From Lytechinus pictus (taxonomy: Eukaryota): DNA of 64,000 nucleotides. Location of the stretch: assembly GCF_037042905.1 (NCBI RefSeq), contig NC_087251.1, positions 18,354,001 to 18,418,000 on the forward strand. The letters run 5' to 3'. The notes under the pieces are model-generated. The model worked only from the letters and a program-made list of their open reading frames with translations, did not search any database and had not been told where the DNA came from. Shown here in pieces: positions 13,697 to 26,276 of the stretch. Made by a program: the position numbers and the translations under genes. The first letter of the stretch is position 1, and every line of letters starts with the position of its first letter.

Positions 13697-13989
13697 TCCA
13701 CGTATGTGAGTGAAGGATATCGCGATAGCGCAAGAACGATATCTTCCGAAGAGAGTGGCCTTTTTTGGTAATGAATCCGCCGGAGTAGAACACGATCCGC
13801 CGGCGGATTTGGTGCCTAGAACAGTATCTGCCAGGCGCAGGATCCGCCGGTACACCGGCGGACAATTTGAAGGATGATTTTGGAGGGTCAATGTTTTATT
13901 CATGAGAATGACGTCAAAATACGCATAATGCACTTGTGTGATTGGATTAAACGCTAATGTTTTATTCATGTACTCATGCATTAAACATT

Positions 13990-14207
13990 TTTTTTCCGTC
14001 CCACAATTCCCTACGATATCTGTGCGAAGTGTCGTTCTTTTGGACTCTGCGAATTTGAAGTTTCTGAAACGAAATAGCTAGACTAATTATCTGTTTATAG
14101 AATTGATGTTCGAAATCATGGTTTCTGAGTGAATTTCATTGGAGCGGAAAATCTTGGAGGGAACATCAATACTATTCTAATGACATTCCATAGAAATAAA
14201 AGTAAGT
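13990..14207 (+). promoter_or_regulatory. Putative promoter/first exon with splice donor
   Basis: CpG-richer stretch with TCCCACAATTCC (ZNF143/Staf-like). Donor AAA|GTAAGT at 14201/14202. Downstream exon-like blocks. Confidence 0.35.
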
Positions 14208-14649
14208 TACGCTCATTTTAATGTTTTGATCTCACTTGCAAATTGTAATGTGTTTGCCGGGGTTCGGGGCTCATCCTGTATTACGCACTATGTAAACCTC
14301 AATTTCAATATTTCTTTTGCCTGACTTCCAAATAAGTGTGATCATTGAGTTTCTCAAAAATACTATATCTAGGACTAGGGGTCTATATAGTTTGTCGTAG
14401 ATCTAGACATTCATCGGAATGCTTCATGTAGGTCCAAAGTAAACCTTTATTTCAGTTTTATTGTGATTAGACAATTATCAGGGGTAGATGTGGACTTTTT
14501 TCCGACCTCCTGTTTTTTTGTAACGACAAACTGTCGATTTTAGGCCTATTCAAATTTAGGTCAATGTAGGGATATGGTCAGAGCGGGATCCGGCCTTTGA
14601 TATCGCCGGTGCTAGCCGGCTAGCGAGATTGTCGATGTAGTCATGGGGT

Positions 14650-14731
14650 ATGAAAATAGCGGGGACGGACTAGGCCCAAACTTCAAGCTTGAAAGTTGAA
14701 GTTTAGGCCTAGTCCGTCCCCTCTATTTCAT
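14650..14731. repeat. ~40-bp-stem hairpin/palindrome
   Basis: ATGAAAATAGCGGGGACGGACTAGGCCCAAACTTCAA pairs with TTGAAGTTTAGGCCTAGTCCGTCCCCTCTATTTCAT. Confidence 0.9.
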
Positions 14732-15270
14732 CTTCATATGAATAAGTATAATTCTCAGCAGTTTCTTTTATTCAGGAACGCTTTACTTCAGAATAATCAG
14801 TGTTGAAATACGATTGACTTAGCATTAATGTCTGTTATGTTAAGTGTTACTTGTCTTAGTCTTAGATTTGAATGAAATGGCGTAGCCTACCCTAGACCTA
14901 AATCAAGTCTATTTGAACAGGATACCCTGGGCCCGGCCTGGGGTGGTAATTTGAAAACGTTCTTAGTGTTTACTTCATTCAAATGTGATGTGATTCTTAA
15001 GTTATACAGGTCCAGCATAGACCAGATTCAGCTATATACAGCTGTAGAAATATGTGGTTGGAATCGTTTTACTTTTATAAACAGAGTGAGGTAGGCCTAT
15101 GCCTCTATGTGATAGAGAATGAAGTTTCGGGTCCAGATAACTTTTTTGTTCTAGTTTGGAATATTCATTCATAGACCTGGGATATGGGCAGCTGGAAATT
15201 TCAAAAATATTGTTTAAGAAGAGTAATTTTATTATCTCTAAAACTCTCAAATTTAAATTGTCAATTGCAG

Positions 15271-15397
15271 ATCCAATGGGACCAAGTTCTTAGCAGTTCA
15301 CACCTAGTCAGAAGTACAAAATTGAGAACCATGCCGATCAGCAAGTGTTAGTTACAATCTAATGAGGAACAGGATATCTGAATGGAAAAATTGCAAG
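15271..15397 (+). other. Candidate internal exon (mostly non-coding)
   Basis: TTGCAG| acceptor and AAG|GTATGC donor. Stops occur in all three frames in the 5' part, and a late ATG is at 15382. Confidence 0.35.
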
Positions 15398-15939
15398 GTA
15401 TGCTTACAACCAAATAAATGAATATTTCCCCTTTTTTGGGAGGGGGTGGGCTATGGCCAATTGTGCTGAAACATGATGCGATATCATGTAATGTTAAAGT
15501 TCCATTGTGAGTTAATATTTGTTTGAATTCAGATTCACCAGTATTTCCATTTCTAACACTGCATACTAATTATCCATATCTCCTGTCTATACATGCATTT
15601 GCATAAAAACCCAAGATATTAACAGTTATCACAAAATTCTGATAAATATTTGAATTAATTTGCACTCTTTATTTTCAAAACATACTGTAGATAGTTATAT
15701 TGATATATGAATTTATCTGGATGTGGGACGAAAGTGACTGCATGTGCTAAACTTGTTTTATCACTGAAGATATGAAATAGAGTTTACATCTTTTTTTTAC
15801 TAAACTGGACTAGATGAGTAAAAATAATTTACAGCTTATTATGTTCTTTTCTCTTTTTTACCATGCAGGTTTCCCACTTCCTAAGCTGTTTAAGTACTGG
15901 TATCACAACATAAGTGCCAAGAAGAGATATGAAACGGTC

Positions 15940-15997
15940 TCAAAAATTTTGCTGGTGCCCCCCCCCCCCCGATGCCGTGACCCACGGTACGCCACTG
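15940..15997 (-). mobile_element. Solo end of the 3912-type hAT-like element
   Basis: Reverse complement of 3912-3965 (CAGTGGCGTACCGTGGGTCACGGCAT.GGGG..GCACCAGCAAAATTTT). Confidence 0.85.
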
Positions 15998-17892
15998 CAA
16001 GTCTTCATAAATTATGTAGGGTTATTAAGTTGCATTTATTGTTATCTTCATTTAAAAAAATGTGAAATGGGCTACCACTGCAATAATATATAAATAGACT
16101 ATATTTCAAAAATAGATTGAATTCTAACCACAGTGACAGTAGACAAATCAAATTTTGTTAATGATTCGCTAATGTATTGATTGGGGAAGGCACTCTTTAG
16201 GATTCTGGCATTGTGTCCCACCCCCCCCCCCCCTTATGAGGAGTGCTCTCACATCAGTAGACTATTTCTTGTCAGCAAATTTGAAAGGAATTTACCAATT
16301 TTTTTGAGTGACAAACTTTTGTGGAAGAAAATAAATGAATATCAAAGGTTTTTATGCTCTTTTATGGAATATTAACTATAGGCTCATCGAGATCCTTTGA
16401 ATGAAATTTTAACAAACATTGTACAATGTAGAAAAATGTACTTAATCCTATTTTTGTACATTTATATACCCACCCCATACTACCCTTACCCAGTAACAGC
16501 CCTTTTTAGCTATGCATTGCCTTCATTTTTTTAAATACAATTTAATGCTTGGTAGATGCTAATTATTATTTTTATGTTAATGTCAATGTTTGAGAAAATG
16601 GATTCCTTAATAAACATGTTAATTTTGAATTGAATTTTTTTATTTTGGTAATTTTCATTTATCAATTAATTGTGATGATGTATTGCTTCTGAGCTGTTAT
16701 GCACAAATGGCACAAGATGTTGCACTGTACTGAAATGTGATGATGCCACTGTTACATGAGATCAAACAGCAGTCAATTAAAATATTATTCAAGAAAAATA
16801 AGGATAAGAGTGGGAAAGAAAGTAAATGACAGGAGAATTATTTGCTTGTATGCATATAGTTATGTCAGTTTCTGAGAGAGAGAGAGACAGACAGAAAGAG
16901 AGAGAGATGGGGGGGGGGTGAAAGTTCAGTTTGTTTTGAAAGAAGCAATTATAAGACCTTACTGTTCATAACGGGGGGGGGGGCTAATTATTTCTCCAAA
17001 TTTTTTAAACCTGCATATAAAATTCATTTTTTCTTTCCAAATGAAAATTACACCAGATTCATTTTCAGTTGAAAATAAAAAAAGAAATAGCCTACGATCG
17101 GTTTGCTCTCTTGCCTATTTAATTTTGAGAACCCCCTCCCCCCTAAAATATGGTATATACCTAGGTCATGATTATTGATGTTTGACATAGAAGTCGCCAT
17201 TTAAAATTAAGTGCTCCGAGGACTGCTATTCATAATAGGACTTATATTGGAGACTACAATTATGGAAAAGAATTTGATTTGTTATTATCTTTGTTTATAT
17301 TATGAAAAGAGGTTCATTTCGTTTTCTGCAATAAAAAGAAAAAAGGGTTCCAGAAACTTAAAGAGATCTCATCGTATATGGCAACATTTTCTTTGGGAAC
17401 CTCCTCTGTAATATTTTTTAGCAAAGATCCTGGCCATTTGCAGCTAAAACAAAGCAAAGATACAGTAATAATCGTAACAAGCAATAACAAATAGATCATT
17501 AAAATAGATGAATAATAAAACTCTGAGGAGGAACAAAACGAATGATCTGACATGATGTAATCACTGACAGACACCATAAACGATATTAATCAGGTCGCGC
17601 ATTATGCTAAGTAGTGACAAAATACTAATTTACATATTTTTACGCTATGCGCGAAGGACGTTCCGTGACCACGCCTTCATTTCGCTGGTGTACCAAAACA
17701 GTGGCGGTGTCCATAGGCTTGTATACGAAAAATGGGAGCAGTGTGCACTTTTGACCCTCCGAAATTTTCTTCAATTCTGACCGGATGCAGAAGCGGAGTT
17801 TCACCCCCCTGTAACAAAAGTAGCATAGCGCCATCTCTTGTCAGTAACATTATATTGATGTCATTTGCTGTAAACATCAACGATTTTCAGAT

Positions 17893-20800
17893 TAGTAGAG
17901 CGGATTAGCTCCAAAAATCACAACAATTGTGCAAATTTTGACTAAAGCATAAAACTTTCACAAGTATTAGTATATGCCATAAGATTTATTTTAAAGATGG
18001 GAGGTAAATTTATAAATGCCATTTTCGACCGTTGCCATGGCAACGGATTAATTTCTCCAAAACAACATACATTCCCATATAAATGGTAAATAAACATGAT
18101 ATAGATGACCAAAATGATAATTTTCAGGCTCCCGATTGAAAACATATGAAATTTAGAAATATTCAAGATCATAAAGATAGTTCCAATTGGTCCGTTGCCA
18201 TGGCAACAGCTTGTTTTTCCCCTGAAAAATAAACATTTTGATTAAAAAAAGTTGTAGAATATGATATATCTTTAATTTCCCCTAATTTTACAGTGCTTAA
18301 CAAAGATATTTTGGTTGCTAAATGTGTAAATTGCATCTCAAGCCATTGCCATGGCAACCAAATAACATCTAATTCACAAAAATAACATGGTTGTCAAGAC
18401 AATGGATAGGTGGAAAATACAATTGGAATTGACTTAATATGTATGCTTAAGTTTTGACCCCCTCATTTGAACAAAAAATACAAAATTGTTCTGCAGGAGT
18501 TCTTTATAAAGATAAAATATTATGTTGCTTTTGAAATGCTTGAATTGAATTTAAAAAGGAACAATTTTACAAAGGGCCCGTTGCCATGGCAACAGCTTAT
18601 TTCCCTCTAGAAAAGTAAAAATATTGATAAAAATGTAGAATACGTGTACGGTATGATCATCATTCCATTTCCCCTAATTTCAAGGTACTAATCGAGATAT
18701 GTTTGTGACTAAATTTATAAATATAACATCTTAAGCCATTGCCATGGCAACCAAATAACATCTAATTTTTTTTAAAAGTGGATGATAAGGTTAAAAACAG
18801 GTGAAAGATACAATGAATATTAACTTAATGTGCATTCGTAAGGTCTGACCTACTCAACTAATTTAGGGGAAAATAATACAGTCAGTGTTCTGCATGAACT
18901 AATTAAAATAATAAACATTGATGTTGCCTTGGTAATACTTGAATTCAACGATAAATATCAATGTTCCAAATGGCCTGTTGCCATAGCAACGGATCATTTA
19001 CCCAAGAACAGTAGCAGTTTTGATTTTTTAAAAGGACTGTATAATCTGATTTTTCTTTCATTTCCCTTAACTTTAGGGTAAGAATAGATATGTTTGCTGT
19101 TAACATGCAAATAACATATAAATCCATTGTCATGGCAACCAAGTAACATCTAATTTGAAAATAAAATATAACATGGTTGACATGATAATGGACAGGTGGA
19201 AAATGCAATTTATAACAATTAACTCAAGGTTTCACCCAGTCATTTAATTTTGAACAAAGATTACAATGTTTCGCATTAGTTCATTAGAATGATGAAATTT
19301 GAAGTAGCCTTGGTAATGCTTGAAGTTAATGATAAATATCAATGTTGCAAATGGGCCGTTGCCATGGCAACGACTCTTTTTTCCCAAGAAAAGCACTAAA
19401 TTTGATCGAAAAACAGTTTAAAATCTGCATTTTGTCATAAATTTCCCCTAATTTTAGGATGCAAAGCATAGATATGTTTGCTGTTGATGTACAAATAACT
19501 TCAGCCATTGCCATGACAACCAAATAACATCAATTTCAGTGGCTTAATTTGGTTTCTATGTTTTAAGGGTGAAGTAGTACATTGGGACTAGTTACAAGGA
19601 CAGCCAGTGGTCTGACGTGTCCAAAACCCTAAGACGGCTTCCAAAAATGGAGTTTGAAATGGCTGTTGATATATAAATGGACATATAGGTCATTTCCTAT
19701 CAATCTGAGATATATGATTTTGGTGTCTAGACCATGGTTTCAATGGTCAAATAATACACTATCACAAGTTGAATGGACAGTCAGTTGTCCATTATATAAA
19801 AAAATCCAAGATGGCTTCCAAAAATGGAGTCTAAAATTGCTGTTGCTGCATTAAAAAAGTAGTTTGTTTGATATCCTGGAATATGTTTATGTCATGATTA
19901 AATGGGTCAAATAATACATTAGGACAAGTAACAAGGACAGTCAGTGGTCAAGTTTGTCCAAAAATCCAAGGTGGCTTCCAAAAATGGAATAGCTCCTGTT
20001 ACTAACAAATGGACATATTTCGTGTAATATATGTCAGTAAATACATCATGTACATTTGAACAAGTTACAAGGACAGTCCGTAATCCAGTGTGTCTAAACA
20101 TCCAAGATGGCTTCCGACAATTGGAGTCTAATCGGAGTCTGTTACTTCAAAATTGACATAGTTCATTTAAAATCCACCAAGAAAAAATTATTTTGGTGTT
20201 CACACTTTGGTTTCAAGGTTTTAAAAAATATGTTTAGACTGGTTACAATGATATCCAGTTGTCCATTTTTTCCTAAAGAAATGATGGGAATTTTCAAAAA
20301 GTAACAATTTTCTGATATATGCAGAAATTAAAATGCGTACTAGCAGATGATACTTGATAATTATTTGTCATCAAATTTCGAGCCAAGTATTATGCTAAAA
20401 CAGTCAGACAAAGCAAAATTTTAATGATTTCCATGTAAAAGTTGATTTACTGTATTTACATTGATTAGGAGCTCAAGACCATGTCAACTCCTCAGATAGA
20501 CTTTTGATTTTTATTTATCAACGCCTATTATCCCCTTATATATTGATATGATGAACGGCCTTAAAGCACAAATCACACCAAGACACTTTCTTCAAAATGG
20601 CAGCCTGCGAATACTTTGAACGAAATTGACCAGCCTCGAAATGAGAGTTTCGGGAATTTATTTGAGCCCAAAAAAGTCTGATATGATTTTTGTAGGTCTT
20701 ATTTCGATGCCATGTATAATGAAATAATATGGTGCTTATCATTTAGCATATTTATGTTCAGCACCCTCAAATAAGGGACAAGGAAATAAAATAAACATAT

Positions 20801-23062
20801 TATATTTATCAAAATTTGTACTTTTAAGGGACCATTGGCAACATTGATATTTATCATTATGTTCAAGCATTACCAAATCAACATATCGTAAGAACTCATG
20901 CATAACACTTAATGTGATTTTAAAATTAAAAGAGTAGGTCAAACCTTACGCATATTAAGTTAATTTTATTGTATTTTCCACCTGTCCATTATCTTGTCAG
21001 CCATGTTATTTTTTGGGTAAATTATATGTTATTTTATTGCCATGGTAATGCCTTAAGATGTTATTTATACATTAACCAACAGAGATGTACGTGTATGTTT
21101 GGCACCCTAAACTTAGTAGAATTGAATGAAAAATAAGATTCTACAAGGTATTTTTTTTTATCAAAGATGGTATTTTAGGGGGAATAAAATGACCCGTTGC
21201 CATGGGAACAGAACACACATTTGTCAACATTGATATCAATAAATTCAAGCATTACCAAGGCAACATCAGTTTTTATCATGCTAATGAACTCATGCGGAAC
21301 ACTTACTGTATTTTTTGTTCAAAACTTAATGACTGGTCAAAGTCAAACCTTATGTCGATTAAGTAAATCTTTACTTTACATTCCACCTGTCCATTATCAT
21401 TACAACTGTGTTAGTTTGTTTTAAAAATTATATCTTAATTGGTTGCCATGGCAATGGCTGAAGATGTTATTTATTTATTAACAGCAAGCATATATATGCT
21501 TAGCTCCCTAAAATTGGGGCAAATGAAATAAAAATCAGATTTTACAATTTTTTTGTTTATCAAACATGATACTTTTCTGGGGGGAATGAGCTGTTGCCAT
21601 GGCAACGGGACATTTGAAACACTAATATTTATCATTAAATTCAAGTATTACCAAGGCAACATAATTTTATTATTCTGATGAACTCATACAGAACTCTTAC
21701 TGAAATTTTTGTTCGAAATTAAATGACCGGCCAAACCTTTCGCATATTGAGTTATTTGTATTTGTATTTTCCACCTGTCCAAAATCTTGTCATCCAAATC
21801 ATTATTTTTTAGTATTAGATATTATCTGGTTGCCATGGCAATAGCTTCAGATGTTATTTATACATTTTGCATCAAACATATCGATGTTTAGCACACAAAG
21901 ATTAGGGGAAATGCAAGAAAAATCAGATTCTACAGTCCTTTTTTAATCAAAACTGATACTAAATGATCTGTTGCTATGGCAACAGGCCATTTTGAATATT
22001 GATATTTATTGTTGAATTCAAGTATTACCAAGGCAACATCAATGTTTATCATTCTAATTTAGTTCATGCAGAACACTGACTGTATTATTTTCCCCTAAAT
22101 TAATTGAGTAGGTCAGACCTTACGAATGCACATTAAGTTAATATTCATTGTATCTTTCACCTGTTTTTAACCTTATCATCCACTTTTTAAAAAAATTAGA
22201 TGTTATTTGGTTGCCATGGCAATGGCTTAAGATATTATATTTATAAAATTTAGTCACAAACATATCTCGATTAGTACCTTGAAATTAGGGAAAATGGAAT
22301 GATGATCTTACTGTACATGTATTTTACATTTTTATCAATATTTTTACTTTTCTAGAGGGAAATAAGATGTTGCCATGGCAACGGGTCCTTTGCAAAATTG
22401 TTTTTTTTTTTATTTAATTCAAGCTTTACCAAGGCAACATTAATTTTTTATCTTTATAAAGAACTCCTGCAGAACACTTTCTATATTTTTTGTTCAAATG
22501 AGGGGGTCAAATCTTAAGCATACATATTAAGTTAATTTCACTTGTATTTTCCACCTGTCCATTGTCTTGTCAAACATGTTATTTTTGTAAATTAGATGTT
22601 ATTTGGTTGCCATGGCAATGGCTTGAGATGTAATTTACACATTTAGCAACCAAAATATCTTCGATAAGCACTGTAAAGTTAGGGGAAATTAAAGATAAAT
22701 CATATTCTACAATGTTTTTTTAATCAAAATTTTTACTTTTCTGGGGAAAAACAAGCCGTTGCCATGGCAACGGACCAATTGGAACTTTCTTGATGATCTT
22801 GAATATTTCTAAATTTCATATGTATTCAATTGGGAGCCTGAAAATTATCATTTTGTTCATCTATATCATGTTTATTTACCATTTACATGGGAATGCATGT
22901 TATTTTGGAGAAATTAATCCGTTGCCATGGTAACGGCCGAAAATGGCATTTATAAATTTACCTCCCATCTTTAAAATAAATCTTACGGCATATACTAATA
23001 CTTGTGAAAGTTTCATGCTTTAGTCATAATTTGCACAATTGTTCGGCTAAGCCGCTCTACTA
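17893..23062. mobile_element. 5.2-kb non-autonomous foldback DNA transposon, Academ-like, with modular long TIRs
   Basis: Termini TAGTAGAGCGG ... CCGCTCTACTA with 3-bp TSD GAT (17890-17892, 23063-23065). Arms ~17893-19540 and ~20940-23062 are built from ~390-bp subunits. No long ORF. Confidence 0.9.
19580..20270. repeat. Degenerate internal tandem repeat in the foldback spacer
   Basis: Recurrent ACAAGGACAG(T/C)C and CCAAGATGGCTTCCAAAAATGG at ~19630, 19806, 19965 and 20101. Confidence 0.75.
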
Positions 23063-23543
23063 GATAGCGGTTTCATGCAAAAAACAATAATGTACTAACA
23101 AATATTACTAGAAGGGTTGAAAGCCGGTTCACGTAGTTGCATATTTCTTAAAATTTGCTTAACCAGTCTTAAATTGGACATTGATGGAATATCATTCACA
23201 TTCTTGTATAGCACCAGCTATGGTTTAAGACACTATTATAATAGTGTTACATCTGGGGACCCAGTCGTTGACCAAAATTCAAAGATCCGTACAATTTCTG
23301 TTTCTGTTTCTGTTTATGGTAACTCCCGTAGGAACTCGACAGGACAGCATATTTGCTGGTAAACGCCAAGCTGGTTAAACCAATTACCTAGGAAACATTT
23401 TACGTCTAGGTTATTCAGTCATAGTGGCTGACCTTTCAACTTGAGTTTGAAATCTTAGATTTATTGCAACTCTGTGGTAGACGGGGCCAAGTGAGTTTTT
23501 TTTACCTTGAGAAAGGGGGCCTGCTTATATATTTGATTTTCCT

Positions 23544-24638
23544 CAGGGGAGGAGGAACGGGAGCAGGGGGGGGCAAGTGCCCCCTCCCTTAAAAATGTCC
23601 GTAGGAAAAAAAATGCCCTTTTTATAATGGAAAATGCCCCCTTTTCAAATGAAATGTGCCCTTTTTTTTAATGAAATACCCTTTGGAAGAAACTATAATA
23701 CATTAAAGGTTAGAAAATCACAAAACTTTTGACTCGCGCTCGCATCAATTATTGTTTAGTTTAAGGTATTCGTCCTGTTTATTGTTACACAAATGCATAG
23801 AAGGTCCATTTTTTAGGTTGGACAATATCACAGAGTTTTGGCTGGTGTTTCGCGCTTACATCAATTATTGTTCATTAATGTACTCATTCTTTTCTTGGTT
23901 ACAAACAGTATAGGCTTGTTTTCAGATGAGATAATCACAATTTTCTGGCTCACGCTTCGCGCTCACATCAGTAATTGTTTAGTAAGATTGTTTAGTAAGC
24001 ATACAAAAATGCTTAGAATGTCCAGTTTTTAGATTGGAATATCACACAATTTTGGCTCTTGTTTTGCGCTCGCACAAATTATTGTTTATTAAGGTACTCA
24101 TTCTGTTCCTGGTTAAATAAGAAATGCTTAGAATCACGGTCCAGTTTTCTGATTACAATATCACAAAATTATTTTCAGCTCGCACTTCACACTCGCATTA
24201 TTCGATTGGTGAGATATATGTAGTAGCTCTTATCCTATCTGAGTCACCAAATGCAGTCTATAAAAAATCCCTTTCTGGTCAATATATTAAAATTTCAGCT
24301 TGCGCTTCCCACTCGCGTTAATTATTCTTTAATTAAATTCTTTTTTTTTTCATGATTACAAAAACTGCTCGGAATGTTTACTTTTCATGTCTTATTACAT
24401 GAAATTTCCAAAAGTTTGAGCTCGTGATTCGCGCTCGCAAGGATGCTACTTTTATAGTATAATTAGGTCCATAAAATGAACGGTCATTACTATACAAAAC
24501 ACACAACTTCTTCACACAGATGAAAATTTCATGGTGAATTGTGCGTTTGCACCAAAATGCCCTTTTTGGCCGCATATAAGTGCACTTTTTTGGCTTTGCC
24601 TCCCCAAACGAAAATAAGTTCCGTGTCTGCCCCCGCTG
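23544..24638. mobile_element. Degenerate hAT-like element with GCGCTCGCAT-containing ~100-120-bp internal repeats
   Basis: CAGGGGAGGAGGAACGG start, TTCCGTGTCTGCCCCCGCTG end, and repeated CGCGCTTCGCGCTCGCA-type units. Boundaries approximate. Confidence 0.55.
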
Positions 24639-24691
24639 AATTTTCTCCATGAATCAAGTGAGATGTCCATCATTCACCTTTTCCCGGCTTT

Positions 24692-25110
24692 CAGGGCGCG
24701 ACACTGCATGGTACTGGTCCGACGGTCCCAGACCAGTAAAAATTGCTGTCGGGCCAGTAGTTTTTCAGAAATAGCCAGATTTACTGGTCCGAAATGACCA
24801 GTAAAAATATATCAAACTGATACAAATGATATTTTCTTTTTGTAAATTACAAAAATGGCTCTGGGGGCCATCTTTAAAAAAAGTCCAAAATTGAGAAATG
24901 GCATGAATTATGTTGTGGGGGCAATACAATAAAAGCAATTAAAGTCAGCAAAATAAACTCAAGTCTCTTGTTATATTTCTCTTTCTTTTGGGGGACCAGA
25001 AAATTTTAGGTCGGACCAGTAAAAAATTGAAATAGTATTGGGGATATACTGGTCCGACATGAACAGGTTGGACCACTGAGTAGAAAAAAAAAGGTTTAGT
25101 GGGGAGCCGA
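24692..25110. mobile_element. Short hAT-like MITE, GGACCAGT-motif family
   Basis: CAGGGCGCGACACT ... TAGTGGGGAGCCG. Both ends are closely similar to those of 33337-35459. Confidence 0.8.
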
Positions 25111-26004
25111 AATCACGTTTGTGCTTACATTTTTCATACAAGGTTGATTTAAACAAAATAAATGTACCCCGGGTACTTAGATATATATTCATTTAATTAT
25201 TTTTGCAATGGACCAGTGTAAAGTAACACATCTACAGGATAGGACCTATTTTATTCAAACAAAATTATTACACCGGCCCGTATTTGATTAATTTGTTGTA
25301 TATTCACGATACAAACAACATGAAATTACTGACTAACTAATGTAATTTTTTTAATTTAATGGAGGATGGGAATCGACGCTGGCGCAGCGGTTATCTTTTT
25401 TTTTAAATTCTTATTTTCGACATTTTTGCCGGATAGTGCATTGGTTTACGTACAAAACCGATTCCGGATACTCGGCCGTGGAGTTCATGTTGTCGCAATG
25501 CTGATGACAACGGTATTGAAGGTCAATTTCAGGTAAAACTTAGTGAAAAGTAAGAAAAATATCAGCTATAAAGAATACAATGTGTTGTTCTAGGCTCTGT
25601 CGTCTGTTGAAGAGTTTCCTTTCACTCGGGCAGCTCTCAGACGAGTTAAATCCCGCGTTCCGTGTCAGTGACAGGAGCCTCCGGCTCATCAGCGACAGCG
25701 GGTCGCTCGCCGCCGAAGGTGCTGGCCGCCCGACTCGCGCCGTGCCACTCCCAGACTCGGGCCTGGCAGAGGCAGAGACAAGTATGGCAGTGTATCCTAT
25801 TGCCGGACACCTTTATTTCAGTGCTTTAAAAATGACAACTAGAGGAAATACAATCAAGAAAAATTCACACTTGCTATTCCAAATATTATGAAAATTATGA
25901 ATATGATAAAATTATTTTATATTTACCAACCATTTTCTTTGCATCGCACTTGCTGCGTACTACGAAGCCCCAAACCGGACATTTTTGACAACGAAAAAAA
26001 AAAA

Positions 26005-26276
26005 ATTATTACGTACGTACGTGGTATTATTACGTACGTACGTAGTATTATTACGTACGTACGTAGTAATTATTACGTACGTACGTGGTATTATTACGTA
26101 CGTACGTAGTATTACGTACGTGGTATTATTACGTACGTACGTGGTATTATTACGTGCGTACGTGGTATTATTACGTACGTACGTAGTAATTATTACGTAC
26201 GTACGTAGTATTTATTACGTACGTACGTAGTATTATTACGTATGTACGTAGTATTTATTACGTACGTACGTAATAA
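26005..26276. repeat. 21-bp minisatellite GTATTATTACGTACGTACGTA (left TIR)
   Basis: Directly visible array with palindromic TACGTACGTACGTA core. Confidence 0.97.

Larger units (their letters stand above)
11551..13854. mobile_element. Non-autonomous Ginger-like element carrying nested insertions
   Basis: Termini TGTAGCGGCGGAT ... ATCCGCCGGTACA. CCGG on both flanks (11547-11550, 13855-13858). Repeated CGGCGGAT subterminal motifs. TGT..ACA ends with a 4-bp TSD fit Ginger. Confidence 0.75.

Noticed and set aside
19540..20940. Transposase remnant in the foldback spacer
   Set aside because: Only short ORFs with no recognisable motifs. A tblastx search would be needed to exclude decayed fragments.
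25580..25891. 103-aa GC-rich ORF
   Set aside because: No recognisable homology or convincing splice context, and it sits among repeats. Origin unresolved.
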